This document shows positions 1 to 10,297 of a stretch of DNA of 64,000 bases, piece by piece. The stretch is from Thaumarchaeota archaeon SCGC AAA007-O23 (GTDB lineage Archaea; Thermoproteota; Nitrososphaeria; Nitrososphaerales; Nitrosopumilaceae), in NCBI GenBank assembly GCA_000402075.1, contig ARWO01000032.1:78884-142883 (forward strand), given 5' to 3'. Numbering within the stretch: position 1 is the stretch's first letter; the number at the start of each line of letters is the position of its first letter. Under the pieces are notes generated by a model. That model saw nothing but the letters and a program-made list of their open reading frames with translations. It was not told the origin of the DNA and did not search any database. The position numbers and the translations under genes were made by a program.

Positions 1-303
1 ATCCTCAATTCTCTCAGCATTCTCAACCATACTTGTTTTTTCCATCAGTTTGGTATCCTCGCAGACACTTTTCTCAAAATCTATTTCCTGTTTGTTTGGC
101 AGGTGTTCCTTAAATGGCATTTTAGGATCAAAAATTCTACAACCAGAAATCTTCTCTATCGTTTTTCCATCCAAGTTATTAAAAATGCATTTTTTAATCT
201 CTATGTCCACGTGAAAAGTTTCTAGAAGGAAATTTTTTAAATCTGAAATTTGTATTTCCTGAACAGCGGGTTCGTCATACAGAAAAATTTTAGAAACTTT
301 CAA
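1..303 (-). CDS. hypothetical protein, N-terminal part only (gene runs off the left edge)
   Basis: The minus-strand frame is open from the window edge up to a TTG at 301-303 that overlaps the thi4 stop (TTGA). Translation reads (M)KVSKIFLYDEPAVQEIQISDLKNFLLETFHVDIEIKK... It is absent from the ORF track because no stop lies in the window. No family recognised. Confidence 0.4.
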   Translation of the reverse strand, partial: MKVSKIFLYDEPAVQEIQISDLKNFLLETFHVDIEIKKCIFNNLDGKTIEKISGCRIFDPKMPFKEHLPNKQEIDFEKSVCEDTKLMEKTSMVENAERIED

Positions 304-1139
304 TCAGATTTTTTTGGAATTTTACGATCGTATTCTTTTATTTTTTCGTCAGTAATCTCAGCTGCCTTTTTTCCAGAATATAGCATAGAACCAAAAGTTG
401 GTCCCATTCGTGCTAGTCCATGTGTTTCAGTAACGGACATGCCTGCAGCAACAAGACCAGGAAAAACTTCGCCTGTTTTCTCAACAACATGCTCCTCGCC
501 ATTTTCAACCCACATAGGATTCATCCCTTTCCACTCCACCATATTTCTGTCAACAAGTCTCTTTACAGCAACAGAGTCATGTCCTGACGCATCAATTATC
601 ATCTTTGCTTCTAGTGCAATTGGATCAACACATGTAATGTTTCTTGGTAATGCAGACACTGGCATCCAGTTCACAACAATTCCAGCAACTCTTCCATGTC
701 TTAAAACTAAATCATCAAATTTTGTAAGATTTAAAAATTTTACACCTGCATCACATGTAGCTGCAATTAACTTTGAGACAGCATGAGGGCCTGGTGTTAA
801 GTATAATCCATCGCCAACTTTTTTGTAAGGAATCCCAAGTTCATCCCAAATTTTTTGTGCAGGCGCTCTTACTGTAACTGGGTTCATCATATATCCCCCT
901 AACCAATAACCACCGCCGAGATAGTTGTTTTGTTCAATAACTAAAATTTTGTATCCCATTAACGATAATTCACGTGCAGCAGTTAGTCCGGCAGGACCTG
1001 CACCAATAATTATTACATCACATTCAGCTCTATCTTGCAAAACAGTGTAGAATTCCTCAGCAATAGCGCGTGTTATTTCAACTTCCTTTGCATCAGCAAA
1101 AATTTTTTTTGGTCGTTGTTTATTTACAGATTCTTGCAC
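300..1139 (-). CDS. thi4: thiamine thiazole synthase Thi4 (Cys-containing type)
   Basis: Dinucleotide-binding motif IIIGAGPAGL, plus GGGYWLGG, SGHD and a C-terminal RMGPTFGSMLYSGKKAA typical of Thi4. A Cys is retained in NITCVDP, which I align from memory with the yeast THI4 sulfur-donor site QCCMDPN. Confidence 0.9.
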   Translation of the reverse strand: MQESVNKQRPKKIFADAKEVEITRAIAEEFYTVLQDRAECDVIIIGAGPAGLTAARELSLMGYKILVIEQNNYLGGGYWLGGYMMNPVTVRAPAQKIWDELGIPYKKVGDGLYLTPGPHAVSKLIAATCDAGVKFLNLTKFDDLVLRHGRVAGIVVNWMPVSALPRNITCVDPIALEAKMIIDASGHDSVAVKRLVDRNMVEWKGMNPMWVENGEEHVVEKTGEVFPGLVAAGMSVTETHGLARMGPTFGSMLYSGKKAAEITDEKIKEYDRKIPKKSD

Positions 1140-1291
1140 AAAAACACACAGTAGCTAGAGCTTATGAGTTTTTCTCGCTCAAAAATTAGGTAGCACTAAT
1201 GTAAATTCATCATTCAGGCAATTTACAACTTGATAATTCATTATGTTAGTCAAAATTCCTATTATCATAAATTTATATCCGTTATTAAACT

Positions 1292-3109
1292 ATGAATCTA
1301 AAGATGGCGCAACAGCTAAGACCATCAAAATCGGCTTCAAAAAAGCCAAAGATTGATTGGTCACGAAGAGAGGAAGCTGATAACTTTGCTCACACGGTAA
1401 AGCTTTATCGACAGGGTAAAATTGATCATGATAATTTCAGACGTTTTCGTCTACAACATGGTGCATATGGTACAAGAATGACGGATGATTATGCAATGGT
1501 TAGAATTAAAATTCCTGCAGGTCAGATTTATCCTCACCAATTAGAAAAAATTGCTCAACTAAGTGAGATGTATTCAATAGGCAGTGCACATGTATCAACT
1601 AGAGAGAACGTTCAATTACATTGGGTTGTTCTTGAAGATGTTTCAGAAATCATGCATGGGCTTGCAGATGTTGGATTAACATCTCGTGAAGCATGTGGTA
1701 ATACAGTTAGGAATGTTATGTGTAGCCCATTGTCAGGGGTTTGTAATGATGAGGAGTTTGATGCAACACCATATGCAATTGCAACGGCAAGATTTCTTCT
1801 TAGAAATCCATTGAATCAGTCACTTCCACGAAAATTTAAGTTTAATTTTTCTTGCTGTGAAAAACATGGAATGACTAGAATAGTTGACGTGGGATTAATT
1901 CCTCAAATTAGAAAACTTGATGATAGTACAAAGCAGCATGGTTTCAAAATATTTCTTGGTGGTGGTCTTGGAAACAAGTCGTTTGTGGGTCACCAACTTG
2001 AGGATTTCACACCAGAAGAAGATCTGCTATACACATCAATCGCCGTTCTACAAATTTTTGATAGGATAGGTGATAGGAAGAACATGGCTAGGAACAGAAT
2101 GCGTTATCTTGTTAATGAAATGGGATGGGATAAATTCAAAAATTTGGTTCTGAAGGAGAGAACGATTGTTAGGGCAACACAATCAGTCATTATAAGATTA
2201 AACATTGACAAAAAATCAAATGAAATTAAAAGACCCATTTCTGTTTCCAGCGAAAATGGTTCAATACCTGATGGTTATGCACGATGGTTAAAGACTACTA
2301 CCTACAAGCAAAAACAAGAAGGGTATAGAGCTGTTTTTGTTACACTAGAATCTGGAGATATAACTGCAAACCAACTTCGTGCTATGGCAGATGTTACTAA
2401 GGACTTTTCAGCTGAAGGTTTTGCACGTAATGGTTTCTCACAAGATATTATACTTAGATACGTACATGAAAGTGAACTACCAAAACTTTACTCTAGGTTA
2501 CTTGAAGTGGGTTTAGCAAATTCAGGTTCACTGACTATGGCTTCGGCTGTTGGTTGTTCTGGTACCTCATCTTGTAATCTGGCACTTACAAACTCTCATA
2601 GACTGGCAAAAGAGATTCAACGAAAATTCTTGGAGTTAAAACTAGATGAAGATGACGATTTAAGAGATGCGACAATAAAGATTAGCGGATGTCCCAATTC
2701 TTGTGGACAGCATGAAATTGCCACTATTGGTTTTTTTGGTGGAGGTGCAAGGGTTGGCAAAGACATGTACCCTAACTATAGCATGTCTTTGGGTGGAAGA
2801 TTTGATGATAAATCCATGCTTGGTGTTACATGTATGAGAGTACCCGTAAAACGTACCATACATGTCATCTTAAAGATCATTGAACTCTATAAGAAAAATA
2901 AGCAGTCTGATGATACTCTTTCTCGTTGGATTGACAGGATTGTACATGGTAATGAGTCATCGGAAATAAAATCTGTCAAGGATATGCAGAAAATACTTTC
3001 ACCATTAGTTATTCCTCCATCAAAAGATGATGATCCAGACTTTTATGCTGATTATGGAAGTGATACAAGCTATCACACAGTTACGGGTAAAGGTGAATGT
3101 GCAGCTTGA
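1292..3109 (+). CDS. sulfite/nitrite reductase hemoprotein (siroheme-[4Fe-4S] family)
   Basis: 605 aa with two nitrite/sulfite-reductase half domains. The Cys ligand pattern is GCSGTSSC (CX5C) followed by GCPNSCGQH (CX3C). Confidence 0.85.
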   Translation: MNLKMAQQLRPSKSASKKPKIDWSRREEADNFAHTVKLYRQGKIDHDNFRRFRLQHGAYGTRMTDDYAMVRIKIPAGQIYPHQLEKIAQLSEMYSIGSAHVSTRENVQLHWVVLEDVSEIMHGLADVGLTSREACGNTVRNVMCSPLSGVCNDEEFDATPYAIATARFLLRNPLNQSLPRKFKFNFSCCEKHGMTRIVDVGLIPQIRKLDDSTKQHGFKIFLGGGLGNKSFVGHQLEDFTPEEDLLYTSIAVLQIFDRIGDRKNMARNRMRYLVNEMGWDKFKNLVLKERTIVRATQSVIIRLNIDKKSNEIKRPISVSSENGSIPDGYARWLKTTTYKQKQEGYRAVFVTLESGDITANQLRAMADVTKDFSAEGFARNGFSQDIILRYVHESELPKLYSRLLEVGLANSGSLTMASAVGCSGTSSCNLALTNSHRLAKEIQRKFLELKLDEDDDLRDATIKISGCPNSCGQHEIATIGFFGGGARVGKDMYPNYSMSLGGRFDDKSMLGVTCMRVPVKRTIHVILKIIELYKKNKQSDDTLSRWIDRIVHGNESSEIKSVKDMQKILSPLVIPPSKDDDPDFYADYGSDTSYHTVTGKGECAA

Positions 3110-3906
3110 GCAACGAAATAACACATCCAACTGTCGATGTAGACGCAATTAGGTCAAAAATCAATGATATTTCTGTAAGATTGATAGATGTGAGACGTGA
3201 AGAAGATTACAATCAAGGGCATATTCCTAATGCCGTGAACTTGCCACTTGCTAGTCTTTTGTCTGGTGACTCGCCAGAAAGTACTGTTAAACTATTCGAA
3301 GAATTGGGAATCGCAGATGATACCAAAGTTGTTGTTTATGATGATACGTTTGGTGCTTTAGCATCAAGAGTGGCGTGGACTCTTCAATACATAGGGCACA
3401 AAAATGTTGCACTGCTTGAAGTAACCTATTCACAATGGAAAGAACTTGGTCTTAAAACCAGCACAGAAAAACCAAATATCAAATCTGCAAAACATTCACT
3501 TAACTTGAATCCTGAAATCATGGCTACTGCCGAATATTTAGAAAAGGCAAAGGAAAAAGATAATGTTGTTTTGATAGATAATAGGGAACGACTCAACTTT
3601 TTAGAACAGCACATTCCTGGCTCGATTAACATACCATACAGAACACTGGCAACAGATGGGAAAATTTTGAGGACAAAAGAAAGCATGAAAAATCTCTTGA
3701 AAAATAGAGGAATTCCGGAGGATGCTGAGATTATAACATATTGTGGTAGCGTTGGCACATTATCAGGTTTAGCATACTATGCTCTCAAATCCATAGGTGT
3801 TCCAAACGTAAAGCTATACGTTAACTCATTTAAAGAATGGAAAAAACTTGAAAAGCCAATTGGTAAGCAGGAAAATGCAGCATACTGGGATCTTTCAGCA
3901 GAATAA
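3097..3906 (+). CDS. tandem-rhodanese sulfurtransferase (thiosulfate/3-mercaptopyruvate type)
   Basis: Two rhodanese domains, with the active-site loop YCGSVGT in the second. The start overlaps the sulfite reductase stop by 13 nt. Confidence 0.85.
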   Translation: MCSLSNEITHPTVDVDAIRSKINDISVRLIDVRREEDYNQGHIPNAVNLPLASLLSGDSPESTVKLFEELGIADDTKVVVYDDTFGALASRVAWTLQYIGHKNVALLEVTYSQWKELGLKTSTEKPNIKSAKHSLNLNPEIMATAEYLEKAKEKDNVVLIDNRERLNFLEQHIPGSINIPYRTLATDGKILRTKESMKNLLKNRGIPEDAEIITYCGSVGTLSGLAYYALKSIGVPNVKLYVNSFKEWKKLEKPIGKQENAAYWDLSAE

Positions 3907-3913
3907 TCTACAA

Positions 3914-5116
3914 TTAATTTATAGTTAAATCACTACGAAGTTTCTTAGTGACAGCCATTTCCATATTATCAAACATCGCCAATATTTTTTTCTGATTGTC
4001 TCGTAAAAAGTCAATTCCCTTATCTTTTAGTCTTATTTTGAATAGCCTAACTTCTCTATGTTCTTCTAAAAAGTCATTTATCATTTCTTGTCCACATTTG
4101 GTTGGGTCAACGAACAGATTACAATACTCGATTGTTTTCTCCAATTCTTCCTCTTCAATTGAAGATTTGATCAATTGTATAGCTTCTGCAAGATTTTTAA
4201 GATTTTTTACTGGTTTTGGTAACGACTTGCTTGGAATTCCTAACATACCTCTTTTTATCGTTCCAATTTTGTTTGCAATTTCCGGAACCAGATCATATGT
4301 GTCTATTGTACTCCAGACTTGTCTCTTTTCATGTTTTACAACCAAGCCTCTTTTCATTAGCCTGGTTAAACATTTGATTACATCTTCCGAGTCTAAAAAT
4401 GTAGTCCATACAATAGAACCAAGTGTGTGATATCCTTGCCGAAGTGATTCTATAACAACAACCTCTACTATTCTTCTGAATCCTTCCTCAAGTCTTACAT
4501 TCATGAAGTCCTTGTCTTTCACAGCTCGTTTTGCATTTTTAACATCAATCTCTATCGAACGTACGAGAGCATCAAGTGATTCTGGAATTTGGTTTAGCAA
4601 GGAAAGATAGCATGATCGATTATACCAAGCCATTCCAAATGTTGGATCAGAGTCAATTGCTTTGTCTGCACAATCAAGCGCCTTTCCATAAACTTTGCGC
4701 TCATAGAAAACCAGACTCTTAAGATTCCATGCATCAGCATTTGTAACGTCAATGTCCAGCACCTTATCATACGCTCTCATTGATTCTGAATAATCTTCCA
4801 AATGAAATCTAGAGTATCCTAATTTCAAAAGTGCGTCAACATCATTTGGGTTAATCCTTAAGACCATCTCAAATACATGTGAAGCGTCTTCCAGCTTCTC
4901 GTCTGCCATCAAATTAATTCCCTTACTGAATAGTTTGTTGCGGTTAAAATCAGCATCAATAAGACTACCTTCATCTTTTTTGACTAGGCTTGTCTTGGCA
5001 GATCTTTTTTTCAAACCAAATAATTTTCTGTCTATTTTCTTTTTTTCTGGCTTTTCCTTTTTTTCTAGAAAAAATTCTGGAATATCGTCTGATTGTTCAT
5101 TTGATGGATTATCCAT
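3914..5116 (-). CDS. TPR-repeat protein with a C-terminal winged-helix-like region
   Basis: 400 aa. Lys/Glu-rich N-terminus, then about 4 TPR units (AL.LG...Y.EA...YDK.L..DP pattern, for example DALLKLGYSRFHLEDYSESMRAYDKVLDID). No signal peptide. Confidence 0.7.
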   Translation of the reverse strand: MDNPSNEQSDDIPEFFLEKKEKPEKKKIDRKLFGLKKRSAKTSLVKKDEGSLIDADFNRNKLFSKGINLMADEKLEDASHVFEMVLRINPNDVDALLKLGYSRFHLEDYSESMRAYDKVLDIDVTNADAWNLKSLVFYERKVYGKALDCADKAIDSDPTFGMAWYNRSCYLSLLNQIPESLDALVRSIEIDVKNAKRAVKDKDFMNVRLEEGFRRIVEVVVIESLRQGYHTLGSIVWTTFLDSEDVIKCLTRLMKRGLVVKHEKRQVWSTIDTYDLVPEIANKIGTIKRGMLGIPSKSLPKPVKNLKNLAEAIQLIKSSIEEEELEKTIEYCNLFVDPTKCGQEMINDFLEEHREVRLFKIRLKDKGIDFLRDNQKKILAMFDNMEMAVTKKLRSDLTIN

Positions 5117-5200
5117 GTATTTTCATTATGGAAATAGATCTAGTTAAAAACTCTTTCAAAAAACCACTATTTTTTGCATTTTTTCACTGGAAAAATATAA

Positions 5201-6343
<1,143 letters not shown>

Positions 6344-6369
6344 ATGATATACTGGAAACAAAAATTATT

Positions 6370-7479
6370 TTACGTTCCTTTAGTTTTTATGATAGTCAGA
6401 ACATCTTCATCAATTAGAATATGTTTTAATCCAACTCTTTGACCACCAAACTTTACACTTTTGCCCCAAACAAGTCCATATCTAAAGTCTTTCCTAAGTT
6501 TTCTATGCAACTTATTGCATACATCTAAAACAGAATTTCCATTTCTTATGATTAATGGTTCTTTGTAATCTGTTTCACCACCTTTTGGCCGCAAATAGAT
6601 TCTGATAAATTGCAATTCATCATAAATTCTGTCTCGTAATTCAGCAATGTTGTTACTTGCATTTGCAGATACTGGAATAAATTCAGTTTTGAGTTTTTTT
6701 GATACCTTCTTGAGAAATTTTTTATCAACTAAATCAATTTTGTTCAAAATGGTGATTGATTTTGCATATGTTTTACCACCTGTGATATAATCAACTAATT
6801 GCTCTGAATCAATATCCTCACGAATTACAACTCTAGCACTGGTATATCCATAAACATTAAGAATATCTTTCACAAGTTTTTCTGACATTTTTTTTAATTT
6901 TACTTGTTGGGCAATTGCAATTCCACCAGTTGGAGATTTCTCAATTACTATATTTGGCGGTTTTTTGTTTAATCTTATACCTATATTTGATAATTCATTT
7001 ATTAGGACATCTTCGTGGTATGGCTGAAATACATCAAGAACTAATAATACAATATCTGCACTTCTTGCAACTGACAATATTCTTTTTCCAAGACCCTTAC
7101 CACTTGATGCACCTTTGATAATACCTGGTAGATCAAGCATCTGTATTTTTGCACCACGATAATCTAAAACTCCAGGAACAACTGTTACTGTTGTAAATTG
7201 AAATGCGCCTACTGTTGATTTTGAACCAGTTAATGCATTCAATAATGTTGATTTCCCAACACTGGGGAGTCCAATAATAACAACTGTTGCATCACCAGTC
7301 CTCCTAACATCAAATCCATCTGATTTTTTAGAACTTTTTTTAATTTGAACAGCTTCCTGTTCTCTTTTCAGTTTTGCAATTTTTGCTTTTAATATCCCAA
7401 CATGATGCTCAGTTGCCTTGTTAAGTTGTGTTCTCCCAATTTCATCCTGAATTGCTTTGATCTTTTCGGGTATTCCCAT
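6370..7479 (-). CDS. DRG-family (Obg-like) GTPase with C-terminal TGS domain
   Basis: P-loop GLPSVGKST, DLPG, NKID, and a TGS-like C-terminus (LIIRNGNSVLDVCNKLHRKL...). Confidence 0.85.
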   Translation of the reverse strand: MGIPEKIKAIQDEIGRTQLNKATEHHVGILKAKIAKLKREQEAVQIKKSSKKSDGFDVRRTGDATVVIIGLPSVGKSTLLNALTGSKSTVGAFQFTTVTVVPGVLDYRGAKIQMLDLPGIIKGASSGKGLGKRILSVARSADIVLLVLDVFQPYHEDVLINELSNIGIRLNKKPPNIVIEKSPTGGIAIAQQVKLKKMSEKLVKDILNVYGYTSARVVIREDIDSEQLVDYITGGKTYAKSITILNKIDLVDKKFLKKVSKKLKTEFIPVSANASNNIAELRDRIYDELQFIRIYLRPKGGETDYKEPLIIRNGNSVLDVCNKLHRKLRKDFRYGLVWGKSVKFGGQRVGLKHILIDEDVLTIIKTKGT

Positions 7480-7530
7480 AATCTTTCGCTAACGTTTCAG
7501 TTATTATGCTGTGTGATTCAAAAAGATCTG

Positions 7531-8226
7531 TTGGAAAAAAAGACATTTGCAGTTGATATTGATGGGACTATCACGCTGAATGGTATGGGAACAATACATC
7601 TTGAGGCACTGTCTAAATTACGTTCTTTGAAGGATGATGGTCATAATGTAGTTCTTGTAACTGGTAGATCTTCTGTTGAAGGATATTTACTTTCAATATT
7701 TGGTGGATTAACACATTTGTCAGTTGGAGAAAATGGTGGTTGTATAACTTTCGGTGATAAAATTCAGCATAAATTACTTGGGAATAAAGGTGAATGTATT
7801 CATGCACTAGCAACAATTCAATCTAAACTTGATGCCGAAATAAAAGAAAAACCGGTTTTTCCTAGAATGACTGAGGTGGTATTAGAACGAACTTTTGATA
7901 TTAAGCAAGCCCAAAAAATTATTGATGAAGATAATCTCAATGTATCTTTATCTGACAGCGGTTATGCTTACCACATAAATTCTAAATGTATTGACAAGGG
8001 TTCTGGGTTTTTGGAAGCAATAAAAATACTTGAAGTGAACATAAATGATACAATTGCAATTGGAGATAGTGAAACAGATGTTCCACTATTCAAGGTAATC
8101 AAAAATAATATCGCAGTATCTAACTCAACCGAGAACTTGAAGAAATTGGCTAAAATTATTACAACTAAAAAATCAGGAGAAGGTGTTCTTGAAGGGTTAG
8201 ATATGATGGCATCGGATTTTAGATGA
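7531..8226 (+). CDS. HAD-superfamily phosphatase (archaeal phosphoglycolate phosphatase-like)
   Basis: HAD motif I is FAVDIDGTIT and motif IV is GDSETD. The track ORF opens at 7402 but overlaps the divergent GTPase gene. TTG 7531 (or GTG 7513) places the start a normal distance before DxDGT. Confidence 0.75.
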   Translation: MEKKTFAVDIDGTITLNGMGTIHLEALSKLRSLKDDGHNVVLVTGRSSVEGYLLSIFGGLTHLSVGENGGCITFGDKIQHKLLGNKGECIHALATIQSKLDAEIKEKPVFPRMTEVVLERTFDIKQAQKIIDEDNLNVSLSDSGYAYHINSKCIDKGSGFLEAIKILEVNINDTIAIGDSETDVPLFKVIKNNIAVSNSTENLKKLAKIITTKKSGEGVLEGLDMMASDFR

Positions 8227-8229
8227 AGT

Positions 8230-10101
8230 ATGACATTTCTTAATATCATAAATCATCTTAAAGAGAACACTTCAAAAATTATCAGTGAAAAGGGATATGA
8301 TAACGTAGACTTTGTTGTAGAATATTCTAGGAGTGGATTTGGTGATATTACCTGTAATGTTGCATTTTTACTTGCAAAAAATTTGAAAAAAAACCCGCAA
8401 GAAGTTGCTCAAGAATTTGTCGGAGAGTATAATCTTGGAAATGATTTAGAAAAAGTTGAGGCGCATAAAAGCGGCTACCTTAACTTCTTTATCAATAATA
8501 ACTCATTCACCAACACTGTTTTGCCTGAATCTCTAAAGGAGAATTATGGCAGTGTTGACATCGGGAAAAATTCCAAACTTATCGTTGAACATACTTCCGT
8601 TAATCCAAATAAAGCTCTACATATTGGTCATCTAAGAAATGTTGCAATCGGGGATGCAGTTTCTAGAATTCTTTCAAAGGCAAATTATGATGTCAAGGTT
8701 TTGAATTATGTTGATGATTCTGGCCTTCAGGTCGCTGATATAATTGTCGGTTTTAAGTATGGAGGATTTTCTGAGAGTCCACCAACTGGAGAAAAATTTG
8801 CTGATTATTGTGGTGATACTGTTTACGTTAATATCACTTCAAAATATGAAAGTGACAAGGATTTAGAATCTAAACGACATGAAATTTTAAAAGAATTAGA
8901 GGATTCAACATCTGAGACTGCAAAATTTGGGAAAACATTGACCAGAAAAATTTTATCTGATCAACTGGATACAGCGTGGAATTTTGGTGCATCATACGAT
9001 TGTTTGAATTTTGAATCTGAAATCTTGTATTCAAAGCTCTGGGAAAAAATATTTGAGAGGATCAAATCTGAAAATCTTGTACGCCTTGAAGATCAAGGTG
9101 ATAATGTTGGCTGTTGGGTGTTGCCAATTGAAAACGAAGATGATAAGATAATTGTGAGAAGTAATGGAGCTGCAACGTATGTTGCAAAGGACATACCTTA
9201 TGCAGCTTGGAAACTTGGTGTAGTAAACGACCCATTCAATTATGCAAAATATACTACGCAACCAAATGGTAGAATACTTTATGAAACAACGCTTGAAGAA
9301 ACACAAGTGCCAAAACAATCTTTTGCTGCGAACAAGGTGATAACAGTTATTGATAACAGACAAACTAATCTTCAAAAAATTGTTACTAACCTCATGTCAA
9401 AATTTAATCCAGAAAGCTCCTATGTTCATCTTGGTTATGAGGCAGTCACACTAAGTTCTGATACTGCTAAGATTCTTGGCAACAAAACCAATGGAAAAGA
9501 TGTGCAGATGTCAGGTAGGAAGGGTCTTTACATCAATGCGGATGAAATCATTGAAAAACTTGAAAAACATATTTTCCTTGAATCAAAAGGAAGGAATGAT
9601 GATCTAGATGATGCATCACTCAATGAGATAGCCCATAATGTTGCTGTTGGAACTATAAGATATGAATTGATTAAGCCTGACCTTGGCAAAATTATTACTT
9701 TTGATATAAACACATCACTAAAGCTTGAGGGAGATACGTGTAGTTACATCCAGTATTCATGTGTTAGGGCTGCACGAATATTAGAAAAATTTGGTAACGA
9801 ACCAAATTTTGATGTACAATTTGATCAATTGAATACTGAATACGAGACTAACCTCATTAAACAAATTGGACTGTTTGAGGTTTTTGTTAATGATGCAGCA
9901 AAAAACTATTCCCCAAAAGTTATTGCAAAATATTGTTATGATTTAGCTGTTGCCTTTTCCTCATTTTATGAACATGTTAATGTCTTGAAAGCTGATACAC
10001 CTGAATTGATTAATGCAAGAATATGTCTAGTGTTATCATTCAAGTTAACTTTGGAAAAGGCACTTAATTTGATTGGAATTATTGCACCACAGCGTATGTA
10101 G
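8230..10101 (+). CDS. argS: arginine--tRNA ligase
   Basis: Class I HIGH motif NPNKALHIGHLRN, MSGRKG, and a C-terminal DALR-type anticodon-binding domain ending ...IIAPQRM. Confidence 0.95.
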   Translation: MTFLNIINHLKENTSKIISEKGYDNVDFVVEYSRSGFGDITCNVAFLLAKNLKKNPQEVAQEFVGEYNLGNDLEKVEAHKSGYLNFFINNNSFTNTVLPESLKENYGSVDIGKNSKLIVEHTSVNPNKALHIGHLRNVAIGDAVSRILSKANYDVKVLNYVDDSGLQVADIIVGFKYGGFSESPPTGEKFADYCGDTVYVNITSKYESDKDLESKRHEILKELEDSTSETAKFGKTLTRKILSDQLDTAWNFGASYDCLNFESEILYSKLWEKIFERIKSENLVRLEDQGDNVGCWVLPIENEDDKIIVRSNGAATYVAKDIPYAAWKLGVVNDPFNYAKYTTQPNGRILYETTLEETQVPKQSFAANKVITVIDNRQTNLQKIVTNLMSKFNPESSYVHLGYEAVTLSSDTAKILGNKTNGKDVQMSGRKGLYINADEIIEKLEKHIFLESKGRNDDLDDASLNEIAHNVAVGTIRYELIKPDLGKIITFDINTSLKLEGDTCSYIQYSCVRAARILEKFGNEPNFDVQFDQLNTEYETNLIKQIGLFEVFVNDAAKNYSPKVIAKYCYDLAVAFSSFYEHVNVLKADTPELINARICLVLSFKLTLEKALNLIGIIAPQRM

Positions 10102-10297
10102 AAGGGAATATTATTGCCTCTACGATCTTCTCTTGCCTTTGAATTTTCGTTTATGTTTTTTTTCTACTTGTGATTTAGAAGATTCTCTACGTTTTTGCTT
10201 TAATTTTTTTCTTTTGGTTATCTCATGTTGTCGCATTATAACTCATTTCACATATTGATTATATTTTAGCATAAATCATTCTAATAGCCTGTATATA

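Noticed and set aside
250-786. 178-aa plus-strand ORF.
   Set aside because: It is antisense to the well-supported thi4 gene. The translation is low-complexity (Ser/Phe/Thr/Ile-rich) with no motifs, so it is a shadow ORF.
1140-1291. Possible TPP riboswitch in the thi4 5' region.
   Set aside because: I could not find the conserved CUGAGA / ACCUGAUCUGGAUAAUGCCAGCG-type elements on the minus strand. Only a weak gagc...gctc pairing is present.
7402-7530. N-terminal 43-aa extension of the HAD phosphatase ORF.
   Set aside because: It overlaps the start of the divergent GTPase gene by 78 nt and reads as Cys/Leu/Phe-rich junk. The HAD motif I position argues for a start at 7513-7531.
10073-10258. 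61-aa plus-strand ORF overlapping the argS stop.
   Set aside because: The sequence is implausible (Cys/Phe/Leu-rich). The opposite strand holds a more coherent small basic ORF, reported as a low-confidence finding.
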